Below are positions 1-11,660 of a stretch of 64,000 nucleotides of DNA, one piece after another; the first letter of the stretch is position 1, and each line of letters begins with the position of its first letter. The notes beneath the pieces are model-generated. The model was not told where the DNA came from and searched no databases. It saw nothing but the letters and a program-made list of their open reading frames with translations. The stretch lies in NCBI RefSeq assembly GCF_009914755.1, contig NC_060931.1; one strand, written 5' to 3'. The translations under genes and the position numbers were made by a program. The stretch comes from the human T2T-CHM13v2.0 reference genome, Homo sapiens.

Positions 1-564
1 TTGCCCAGTGTCAAGAATTCATTTACAGACTGTGACTGCAGTTACAAAACCCCCTTCTTGGTTGGTTTATGTTATGTTTAAAAGCACAAATCTTTAGTAA
101 AAAGAAGTCCTTTTCTGACCAATTCTGCAGGCCAACTACAATGTATTTTATTGAAGTACTTAAAGTTCTTATTACACACACACACACAAACAGTTTTTCT
201 TCAATAGCATTGAGTGGCAAGTGAATAGGATCCATTTAGGATAATATACTTAACTGGGTTAAAGATCAGCACATTTAGTTGAAATAGGGATTTGCATATT
301 GACATTGGGTGGGACCAAGGCTAAATACTTATAGCAATGTGTACAAAGAAGAGGGGAGGTACAGGAAGGAAATGAGACAGGAAAGTGCCCAGAGATTATG
401 GCTAAACTTAGTTAAGGGCTGGAATGAGATGAGCTGTTCAGACATGCCGGAGAGGTTGTGCTTCTAAATATAGGTGAACCCTGAAGCCTGAGTTAAAGCA
501 AAGTGATGGATTAAACCAGAGAGAATTCAGTAACTAGGATAGCACAGATAATGGAAATTAGTGG

Positions 565-948
565 TATATTAGTTTATTCTTGCATCGCTATAAGGAACAA
601 CCTGAAACTGGGTAACTTATAAAAAAAGTTTTAATTGTCTCATGGTTCTGTGGATGCACAGGCAGGCTTCTGCTTCTGAAGAGGCCTCAGGAAACTTACA
701 ATCATGGCAGAAAGCAAAGGGGAAGCAGGCACATCTTCACATGGCTGGCAGGAAAGAGAGAGAGAGAGGGAAGGAGGAAGTGCTACACGCTTTCAAACAA
801 CCAGATCTCGTGAGAACTCACTCACTATCACCAGAACAGCAAGGGGTAAATCCGCGCCCATAATCCAATCACCTCACACCAGGTCCCTTCCTCAATACTG
901 GGGATTACAATTCAACATGCAGTGGGAACACAGACTCAAACCGTATCA
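565..948 (-). mobile_element. MaLR solo LTR, MST/THE1 group (MSTA-like)
   Basis: Termini tatattagt...aaccgtatca; internal gaggcctcaggaaacttacaatcatggcagaa and accagatctcgtgagaactcactcactatca; near-TSD agtgg/aatgg. Confidence 0.9.
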
Positions 949-1730
949 AATGGTTTTTAACTTCTAATAAAATCTATTGTCCTTCTTCCTCAGAAAAACA
1001 CACACAAGAAACCACACATAGAGTATTGTATTTACTTCTGCATGTAGGGATTGGGATTCTGATAGATGTTTAGCTTAATAGCCACCCAACCCAGGCTCTG
1101 GAATTTGGATGCAGACCCAGAAGAACTCAGAGGACAGATTTGAAACAGCCTGTAGAACCAGCATATGGCTGTAATCAGCAGCAGACACCAAGAATCTTCA
1201 TTCTTCCACCAAGAACCTCCTCATATGCTCTGGTCACTCAGAAGCCAGTCTCATGGTGTAGCTCTGTGTGGTCTAAAGAGTGAGTTTAAAGAAGACTGAC
1301 TTGGGTATGTAAGGCAGAAAGAAGGGTACATCCTAATATCTAGATTGTATTCTCAAGCAAATCTAATAGGTACTTAATAGAATTACCTTTAATTTTTTTC
1401 CTTTAAAGATTCTTGTTATCCTTACACATTTCAGGCACCTTTATGGTATAATTCTTAAACTTGCCCATGTGCAAAAATTGTTGAAAGGCCTCCTTTTTAA
1501 GTTGATGTTCACATATGCTTATATAGTTTATATTCCAGAGTTGTGAAATAATTAAGAAGGAGCCCCAAGTAAGAGTTGAATGAAATAGGTCCCTAATAAT
1601 TGATGAACTACAAATGCCTTTGAGTTGGAAAGATGAAGTGGCATGAGCTTTATCCTCCAAGGTGAGATAGTAAACAGACAGCATTTAGAAAATATTATTT
1701 GAATATTGCCTAGGAATATTTGTCTAAAAT

Positions 1731-2152
1731 TATATTAGTTCATTGTCATATTGCTATAAAGAAATACCTGAGGCTGGGCAATTTGTAAGAAATGAGGTTT
1801 AATTGGTTCACGGTTCTGCGGGTTGTACAGGAAGCAGAGTACTGGCATCTGCTTTTGGGGAGGCCTCAGGAAGCTTACAATCATGAAGGAAGGTGAAAAG
1901 GGAGTGGGCACATTACATGGCGAAAGCAGGAGCAAGAGAGTGAAGAGGGAGGGTGCTACATACTTTTAAACAACCAGATCTCAGGAGAACTCACTCACTA
2001 TTGAGAGGACAGTACCAAGGGGGATGGTGCTAAACCATTCATGAGAAATCTTACCCCATGATCCAATCACCTCCCACCAGGTCCCACTTTCAACATTGGG
2101 GATTACATTTTAATATGAGATTTGGGTGAGAATACACATCCAAACTATATCA
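1731..2152 (-). mobile_element. MaLR solo LTR, MSTA-like
   Basis: tatattagtt...aaactatatca with MST motif ggggatggtgctaaaccattcatgagaa. Confidence 0.9.
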
Positions 2153-2789
2153 GTTACTAGAGTTAGAGTACTAAAATGTCACTTTCTCCTCTTCCCCTTG
2201 TCAAATCTGTAGCTGGAAAAACTATGGGGGTTGAGAAGTCCATATGTTATGTATATCTACACTACCTCCAGAGAGGCCTGAGAATTATCCACATAGACTG
2301 TTCCATCAGAGTGGACTCTCCTGGCCTGTCTGCATATTGCACTCACACTTGGGATCCAGTGTATCAGTTTTTCTCCCTGACTCCTATCACCATCAGTGGA
2401 TACAGAAAGGAATAATTTGGGAATTGGGGGCCACTGAACATGTCATTGCAGCCCTAACTGAAAGTTAGTCTGTGTTTCGAGTTTAGTTTATTTTTAGGAA
2501 GAAGAATAGCTACTACTTATGGACATCTCAAAACATGATCTAAGGAAATGAATGGGAAGCTGTGTTTGGGAAATCCCTTTTAAACAGATGGATATGGAAA
2601 GATCTAACTATTCTTACTTCTAGTGAGAGCAATCATTTGCATTGAACATAAATTACTTGATTATAAATGGTAAGCATAATCCATATATTATTTACTGTTT
2701 GTTATCCATTCTGTGTGTGTGTGAGCATGTGCATGTCTATAATATTAGATGACATGTATTCAGTGTTCTTAGCTGCTATAACTCTATAA

Positions 2790-2915
2790 TGTAGGCAGGA
2801 AAAATGTTAATATTCTTCTTTTTAAATGATGCATAACTGAGGCACAGAGGGATAAGGTAACTTGTCCAAGTTTACTTGCATTGTGAATGGCAGACCCAGG
2901 ACTTGACTCTTACTC
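2790..2915 (-). mobile_element. MIR fragment
   Basis: MIR core aactgaggcacagagggataaggtaacttgtccaag. Confidence 0.7.
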
Positions 2916-3464
2916 TTGGATACCTGAAAATGCCATTTCCCCATCTTCAGAAATGTCTCTGTGATTTATTTTTCCAGAAGTGATGATAAGATTTTGCTTT
3001 ATAATGGTGCCTTTGGGAGCCCCAGTAGCAACGCCCAGGCTAAGACATGTGAGTGGCATAACCTGTATACTTGAAGTGAGTTTTTTCTTCAGGTAGCATT
3101 TAAAATGCATATTCTGGTGATCAAAAGCACGTCCTCATCAACATAAATTGGACAATACAGGCCAACCCAATGAAATGCCTAGAATAGTTCCTGGCTCTTG
3201 GTAGACACATAAAAATACTTGTTGAATTGACTGTTCTTAGTATTACCTACATGACGGAAACTTCTATAGAGTGGGTTTAGTCAGAATAATTATTTAATTT
3301 ATTCAATAATTCAACAAGTATCTATCAAGGACCATTCTATGCTTTGCCCTGCTCTAGGAATTAGAGTGTGTAGCAACAAGGTCCCTGCGTTCATGGAATT
3401 TACAGTCAAGTACAGAGAGACAGATAATTATTTATTTTTATATATATATATATATATTTAAAAT

Positions 3465-4030
3465 GTTATTTTTTAATTGAACATACAAATTGCATATATT
3501 TATGATGTACAACATTTTTAAAAATGTGTATACTTTAGAATGGCTAAGTTAAGCTAATTAATGCATTAACTCACATATTTATCATTTTCTTATGATGAGA
3601 ACACTTAAAATCTACTTTCTTAATGATTTTCCAGTATATAATATATTGTTATTAACCATAATCACTATGTTTTACAATAATCTCTTGAACTTATTTCTCC
3701 TATCTGACTGAACTTTTGTATCTTTTGGCCAACATCTCCCCAGTCCCCTATCCCCAGGCCCAGCCTCTGGCAACCACCATTCTGCTCTCTGCTTCTACGA
3801 GTTTGACATTTTTAGATTACACATATAAATGAGATTGTACAGGGCTTGTCTTTCTGTGCCTGGCTTATTTAACTTAACGTAATGTTCTCCAGATTTATCC
3901 ATGTTGTCGCAAATGACAGGACATACTTCTATTTAAAGGCTGAATAGCCTTTGTGTATTTGTACCACATTTTCTTTATCCATTCATCTGTGTATGGACAC
4001 TTAGGTTGATTCCATATCTTCGCTACTGTG
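3465..4030 (-). mobile_element. L1MA (MA8/MA9-like) 3' end, 5'-truncated
   Basis: cttaaaatctact, ctctggcaaccaccattctgctctctgcttct, ggacacttaggttgattccatatctt; acagata flanks both sides. Confidence 0.85.
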
Positions 4031-4344
4031 ACAGATATTTAAAAAATAAGAGAATTTCATGTGTGATAAGTGATCCAAAGAAAAATGAAAATAATAAGGT
4101 TCTAATGTGGTTGAGTCAGGGGACCAACAGTAGATGGGGTTTGAGAGGCATTTCAGGAAATTCTTCTCTGAAGACGTGACATGTGAGCTGGGACCTGAAT
4201 GATATGAAGATGACTGCTGTGCAAAGATCTGGGGAACCAGCTTTCTGGAAACGGGCTCTAAGAAGGTAATAAGCCAGGTGAGTTTGAGGGACCAAAAACC
4301 CCAGAAGAACAGTGAAGCTGGAGAGTCTGAACAGAGTGAACAAG

Positions 4345-4820
4345 TGCGGGGGTCCATCCCACAGACCCTGACCCACCCCACGACGGGTGAATAAAGTACA
4401 CTGACACAGATATTCTGCTTTGCCAGTCTGGCTGAGCATCCGGGCCATTTACAGACTCCCAGGAGAGTGCTGTAAACAGTTGCGACCGTGGCCCGACCAG
4501 CCAGTGAGACTCGCATTTATTCAGTAAAGATTAATTCACAAAGGCTTGAGTCAACACCATTAGAGGGTAATTGACATTGTGGACTTCATGAGTAGAGAGC
4601 AATTAAGCACCTGCGGTAGATCAAAGTTTAATCTTAGGACCACATGAGTAAACAAGTTAGTTAGATAAATTTCCCACATTCCTTTGTTTCCACTCTAATT
4701 TATTTAACTAAGGGGACAAGGCTGCCTTCAGCCAAGTACTATATGTAAAAACCCCCAGGCCTTCCAAAAGGGTTTGTGTATATTCTCTATAACTAAAATT
4801 TTTCCCACCAGCCTGACTGA
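4345..4820 (-). mobile_element. LTR22-family solo LTR (HERV-K HML-5)
   Basis: Reverse complement begins tcagtcaggctggtgggaaaaattttagttata, as I recall for LTR22; acaag flanks both ends. Confidence 0.75.
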
Positions 4821-6944
4821 CAAGTGGAACACAGTGAGGATGAACAGATAGTCAGGGCCTTACAGACCATGATAGAAAATTTGAAATTTATTCTAATTAT
4901 CCTCAGAAGTTGCTGGAGAGTTTGAAGCAGGGTAGTCACAAAATCTGATTTACATCTTAAAAGATGACTCAGTTCCTAAGGGGCCAGGTAGGAGGCTCCT
5001 GTCAGGGTCCCCATGAGAGATGTTGATGGTGGGAAAGAGAGGCTGTCATGGAAGTGGCAAGAAGTGACTGGGTATACATGTATGTATTGGTCATTCATGC
5101 ATGGATCATACACGGTAGGACTTGGCTGATCTGATTGATTTGGTGGTGGGTTGGGGAGGGAAAAAGAAGAATCCAGGAAGATTCCTATGGTTTAGGCCTG
5201 AGCAACAGGTGGATGGTAGTGCCATTTTCTGAGGAATAGGATTTCTGGGTATGTGGGTGGGTGTGGGGAATCAGCAATGAGGTAGAGGACTGGATGGAGC
5301 TAGGATTGAGAAGGCTGCGGCGGAGTGGGGGGCTTCCTTTGATCTCTCCCTGCTGCGGTATATAGGTTCAGGAAAGTATATTTATAACTCTTTGTGTTTA
5401 TTTCCCTTCTTAAGGAGTGGCAACAGTAAATACTTAAAGATTGTGTATGCACGATAACCTCCCATAAGAGTTTCAAGCTCCTTGGTTTTGGTGTTATATA
5501 AGTGTAAATGGCTCCCCAAAAGGTCAGGCAGTTTATCTTCCCAAGAGTGATTGATGTTAGCAGTTTTGGTTGCTTATCTCTTCAGAACTCAGCTACCAGG
5601 AATAGAAAGAAAACCTTGAGACATCTTTTTCTTCATTAAGCAGTGGGGGAAGTGGTTTAAAGCCCTAAGTTATGAATTAACCACTTAGTTCTGTAATAAA
5701 ATATAAGGAACTCTTTCTTCCTGCCTTATCAGAATATTTCGTATGAGGAGACAAAAGTATCTAAAATAAACAATATAGGTAGTGAAGGTCACTGAAAATA
5801 ACACTTGCCTCCTCCCCACAGTTTAGTCTCTATAAAAATAGAGACTATTTGTATCTCTATTTTTATAAGAGTAATGCAAAGCTTTGAACATCCATGAATA
5901 TTTGACTATAATTTAGTCAGTCTTTTCCTTCACTGGGGTAAAATAAGCTGTCACCTGGAGATAATATTTGAGTGCTGGACAAATGACTTCCCTCACTTCA
6001 TCCAGAACTCTAGATGATCTTTAGACTGGCACTGGTAATAGGAGTCATGAGTGAAGTTAGCCAGAATGCCCAGCTCCCACACACTCTAAATTTAGAGTTT
6101 TTTTTTTCTCTTTACCTACTTAACATTCAAAGACCACCAAGTATTTTTAAAACCCTAAACTTGAGAGACTTTAGACAGCTGGAAATTTGAGGCATTGAAA
6201 GGGTGGAGGGCTTATTTAAAGTTAGGCCAGAATTAGACTCCGAAGAATCCAGGGTCTTATGTGGGTGAAGAAGTTGAAATTTATTTCCAATGACTGATGT
6301 CCCCACCTCACTTAGCTACATTATTCTGCTCCCCACATACCTGGCGTATACTCCTTTCTGGACTTCTCATTTCAGAAGAAGAGATTATGATTGATGAATC
6401 CATGGTTGAATCAAACTGGTGACAATTTAAGGTGTTCTTCTTTGGGTGGCGGAATGGGGGAGGGATTTGCGTATGTAAGTTTAGATACTCAGAGAATGCT
6501 TAGTTTAAGCCGGAAAAAAATGTCTTCATGATGGAATTTTGATCATGTGGCCTGTGGATGGTGGACATGTGTTTGGGGCAAGGAGCGTCACCCTGGTTTC
6601 CTCAAGTCAGGACAAATCCAGGATAGTTTGCTTTATCATTGTGAAGACTGGTTCTGCTGCAGCTTCCACTGATTCTCTGAAGCCCAAGAGGCAATAGGAC
6701 TGAAACATTCATTCCACCACTTGCAGGTCTATTTTATTTAAAATGAAAAGAGTATTTTTACTTGTGTACCCTCTATTAAATATTTGCATACATTTATTTG
6801 AGAAAAATAGCAAAAAAAAACCTTTCTTGCTTAAATTCTCCTGTCTGCCATGTTTCCTTCTTACTAATACATAAGTTGAAGGTAGCTGGTGAAATTAAAG
6901 CCACTAACTGTTGGCATGTTTATGAATGAGCTCTTACCTTAGTG

Positions 6945-7138
6945 CAGTGATTCTCAAACTTGGGTGTCCAGTGGGCAGCAGAACTACTGAAGCGCTTGGT
7001 AAAACACAAATGGATGGGCCCCACCCTGAGAGATTCTGATTTAGTAGGTCTGGAGTGGGGATTGAGAATTTGCATTTCCAGCCATTCCCAGATGGTTCTG
7101 AGGCTACTGGTCTGAGGAGCACATTTTGAGATTTACTG
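6945..7138. mobile_element. MER5A (hAT-Charlie MITE)
   Basis: cagtgattctcaaactt...tttgagatttactg termini; gattctgatttagtaggtctgg core. Confidence 0.85.
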
Positions 7139-7325
7139 ACTTAATTAAGCCTCACTCTCTTCTGACTCCCCCTGCTCTCACTGGGTCCCCCTCACTTGAG
7201 TCTCTGTTAGAGTAATGAAGAGTGGACACAGCAGTAGCCCAGTTCTTTTCACTGAACCAAAGGAACTTAAGCTTTAAAATTTAACCACCAAGTTATTCTC
7301 TATTTTACTTTTGTCAAGAACATCT

Positions 7326-7630
7326 GGCCAGGCATCAGGCTCATGCCTGTAATCCCAACACTTTGGGAGGCCAAGGTGGGCAGATCACTTGAGGTCAGGA
7401 GTTCGAGACCAGCCTGATCAACATGGTAAAAGCCCATCTCTACTAAAAATACAAAAATTAGCCGGCTTGGTGGTGGGAGCCTGTAATCCCAGCTACTCTG
7501 GAGGCTGAGGCAGGAGAATCACTTGAACTTTGGAGGCAGAGGTTGCAGTGAGCAGAGATTGTGCCCTGCACTCCAGCCTGGGTGACATTGTGGGACTCTG
7601 TCTCAAAAACAAAAACAAAACGCAAAAAAC
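7326..7630 (+). mobile_element. AluS (Sx/Sz-like)
   Basis: Full dimer, A-rich tail, acatct flanks both sides. Confidence 0.95.
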
Positions 7631-8714
7631 ACATCTATGTTACACAGGACTTACTACTTAAGAGTTAAGAATAATATATACCTAGACAGCTACCCCAACT
7701 TGTAATAATAACAATTTGAGAGACCCCACTCATTTCAATCACATGCATACTCTGTCTCCTCATGAACTAACTTTCTCTGATGTGCTGGAAACTTGTGTTA
7801 TCTCATTTGGTTTAAAAATCAGATAACAAATTGAGATTAAGCTGCTTCTTAATATTCTTCAGTGGGTTGATAAAAAACTGCCTACTGTTCTGATTCCCTT
7901 TAGCTGCAATGTGATATGATTGGTATCTTCAGGAACTATTTCAAATGATACCTGTTTGTGAAACATTTTCTATTTCTCTTTAGCCTCCCTGTGCATGGCC
8001 CACACCATGCTTATTTCCCATGCCGTTGTTTATCAGGGAATTATGATATGTTTTAGCACAGGACGTTTACTCTCTGTAGATTGTGAGCTCTTTAGGAAGG
8101 ACCAACTGCAATTTTTTGTAACTTCAGTGCCATTTATAATCCCAAGTATGTAATAGATGCTTTATAAATATTGCTAAGTTGATGAGGTTTTAAAAGTTAA
8201 TGTGAAACAAACAAACATTGATGAACAGATGCCAGAAGAGAAGCTCATTCCATCAACAATGATGTACCAATTATCTTTTGGAATAAGCGAGAAACCTAAT
8301 TACATAGTAAATGATAACGGACACAATTTATTAATCTCATGGCTGTCTTGAAGTGTGAGAAACATTTGATGAATGAAATGTTTTTGACTATTAAAAAGGT
8401 GACATTATAAAACAAATATATATATTTCTTATAAGAAATCTGGAAAATAAAGAAGAAAATTTAAAAATCACCCCTAGTTCTACCCCAAATCAAATAATAA
8501 GTGTAAATAGTTAAAATGAAAATTACTTTTTAAAAACTACTACATCCATTCTCTTTCCCAAGAGCTAGTCATGTTAATCTTTAGCTTACTAATTTCACAT
8601 ATGTAAGATTATACTTAATATATTGTTCTATTTCTTGGCTTTTCATTGAATGTTCTATATTTTTATTACTCTGGGTGACACTATCACAAATCTACATTTA
8701 TTCATCTACTTACT

Positions 8715-9290
8715 GTCGGGAAGAGAGTATTTTCATGTTTCTGCTTGATGGGCTTCCTGAGCAAAGGAAACTGACATGTTTGAGCATGTCCCCATCTCCT
8801 CAGATCTCTTTGCTCCTCATGTGCAAGGGTGTTAGACCCGGAGCCATCTGCTTCCATTTGTAGAGTAATAAACCTATCTTTCCCAAACTGTGGAGACATT
8901 CTAAAGGTTGTAAACTGAGAAATGCTTGTCTTAATTTCCCCTTGGAAACACTTACCTATATTCCAAATGATAAGAACCTAGGATTCTTTCCCTTCTGCTC
9001 CTAGAAGAATTTGTTTAGATTGGGGAGCAAAGGTTTCCTTTCTTTTCTAAGGACAAAAGTTGGGGACTAGCTGCCCTCTTCTGTATAAACTCCCAGATTC
9101 ATATTTATGAAGTTCCTCACACCTACAGTACAGACCCTATTCTATATATGATGATATCTATCTGACTCTCATTATACCATCTCAGAAAGGGAAATAATTG
9201 GGGCCAAGGGGGAACAGATGTGATTACAGTAAGTAACAATCTGTCCCTGTACTGAAATCTTGTGTCCATTTCCAAGAATGAATAGACATA
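8715..9290 (+). mobile_element. Probable old ERV(L) solo LTR, family uncertain
   Basis: About 570-bp compositionally distinct insert interrupting L1M, with LTR-like tataaa and a ...gaca end. Confidence 0.4.
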
Positions 9291-9974
9291 GATATCAAAA
9301 GCTGATTACTTATTATTTTCATAGAATGGCTGTGCCTAAGTTATTTAACACTATTCCCTTTTGATGAAAGCATTTAGGTTGTCTCCATTTTTCGTTATCA
9401 CAAATGATGCCTTACTAAGTAGATTTCTGGATGTCTGATTCCTAGAAGTGAAAATGTTCAGTTAAATGGCATGTACATTTAAAATTTTGTCATATATCAG
9501 AAATTTTGACAAATGGCTCTCCAGAAGATAATACTAATGAATACGCCCATCAACACTGTATGTCAGCAACTGAATATTTTTTTTCTAATCTGATTGATCA
9601 AAATCATATTGCCTTGTGTTAATACGCATTTCACTCTTAACTGGTTAGGTTCAGAATCCTTTCATGTGTTTATCATTTGTGTATATTTCTTTTTCTATTC
9701 ATTGTTTGTTCTGATACTCTGTTCCAATCTTTCTACTGTGTTTTTTTCTTAGTGATGCAGTCATCTTTATACCTTAGGAGCACTGATGTTCATCTGCTCT
9801 GTATATTGCAAACATTTTCCTCCAAGATATTGCTTGTTTATTGTTATTGTTTTGGTTTATTTTACTTTTTTATCACTTATTTTACTATATCAAAGTTTAA
9901 ATTTTATGTAGTTCATTCATCAATCTTCCCTTTTATAGCTTCTGAGTTTTCTTTCTTATTGTACAAGGAATTGC

Positions 9975-10593
9975 AAACTGACTCCCTTGGTAAATTTCCA
10001 ACCCGCTTGTAGTATGCTTTACTTCATACTAGAGGCTAGAAAGTAGAAAGACTACAATGTGTAAAAACTAAATTTCAGAAAATCCATCAAAACTTGAATT
10101 TTTCATGTAAACTAATATCTAGCAGACAGTTTCCTGCCTGCCAACATTTAGAAGGTGGAAGTGAAGAGTACATCTATGCCTTTGCTATTCTAGCTATTTC
10201 CACAGGCAAGCAGAGTGGGAGGTGCATTGGATTTTCAGAGACAGCAGTAGTAGAAGTCCCAGTTCCTATCTTTACTTTCATGGCTATCAAGAAATCCGGT
10301 AGATAGGAATTCATTTGGCTGATATGGAAGGGCTAAGGTAGAGTGGTCTTAGTGTTAGTGGATTCCCCAGCTTCCTGATGTTGGAGTTTTCTGATCACAG
10401 AAGAGTTATTGTTTATTTTGGTGGCCAGATCTGCAGCGATGTTTGGAAATCTTTTCTGAAAGTACTACTTAAATCATGCTCCTTCAATCCCTTCTGTTAA
10501 GTTTCTCAGTATTAGGCTCTTTGTGTTAAATTGTTTTCTGCTTAAGCCAGGTAGAATAATTTCTGTTATCTTCAAGTGAACTCTGACTAATAT
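9975..10593 (+). mobile_element. LTR33-like ERVL solo LTR
   Basis: 3' end ttttctgcttaagccaggtagaataatttctgttatc...ctgactaatata; 5' gaggctagaaag motif. Confidence 0.65.
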
Positions 10594-11001
10594 ACTTTGC
10601 AATGCCTACCTCTTAAAGTTATATACTTATTTCCCTATATTTTCTTCTAATACTTTTATAGTTGTGGTTTTTCATTTAAGTAGAGACTACATCTGGAATT
10701 TATCTTTGTATTTGGTGCTGGATAAAGATGTAATGGATAGTTATTAGTTCCAACAAAATTCTTTAAATAGTCAATTCTTTTTCCATGGATTAGAAATGTT
10801 ACATTTATCTTACACCAAGTCCCATATATACAGATAAAGGAATCTGCTTAGACTTTTTATTTTATTGTATTCTTTATTCATTAATGATGTTTATTGTTTT
10901 AATAAATACTACACTATTTGAGTTACCAAAGTTTTTCACAGTATGCTTTCAAATAGATGCAGGGCAAGTTCCCTGTCATACTCATACATTTTCATAGGTA
11001 A

Positions 11002-11296
<295 letters not shown>

Positions 11297-11539
11297 TTTC
11301 ATAGGTAATTTTTAACATTCATATTTGCAGATGAACTAAAGAGTTAATTTTTCATGATCCATTAAAATATTTTTGGCATTTTATTTAAAACTGCATTGAA
11401 ATTATAAATTGAGAAGACTTGTTTTTATTACTAATAACAGCAAACAATGACATTATACTTTACATAAGTTAACTATTTTTATTTTTGACATATTTTTATT
11501 AGTGATAATAGCAGAAAATGACATTATACTTTATATAAG

Positions 11540-11660
11540 TTAATTCATTTAATCCATATAACAACCTAATGAAATATATACTGTTTTCCTTTTCATTTCA
11601 CAGACAAGGGAAAGAAGACATAGGTTAAATAATTTGCCCTACTTATACAACTGGAAAAAT
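11540..11660 (-). mobile_element. MIR fragment
   Basis: tcatttaatccatataacaacc...ttcacagacaaggg...ggttaaataatttgccc. Confidence 0.6.

Larger units (their letters stand above)
3295..5280 (-). mobile_element. L2 remnant, interrupted by an L1MA (3465-4030) and LTR22 (4345-4820)
   Basis: L2 3' end ttcaataattcaacaagtatctatc, gtccctgcgttcatggaatttacagtc, then purine-rich L2 body on both sides of the inserts. Confidence 0.65.

Noticed and set aside
565-2152. Two same-strand MST LTRs as the ends of one provirus
   Set aside because: The LTRs differ substantially, the first has its own TSD, and the spacer is not recognisable MaLR internal sequence.
4001-4516. 171-aa minus-strand ORF
   Set aside because: Spans an LTR22/L2/L1 junction and shows no recognisable domain.
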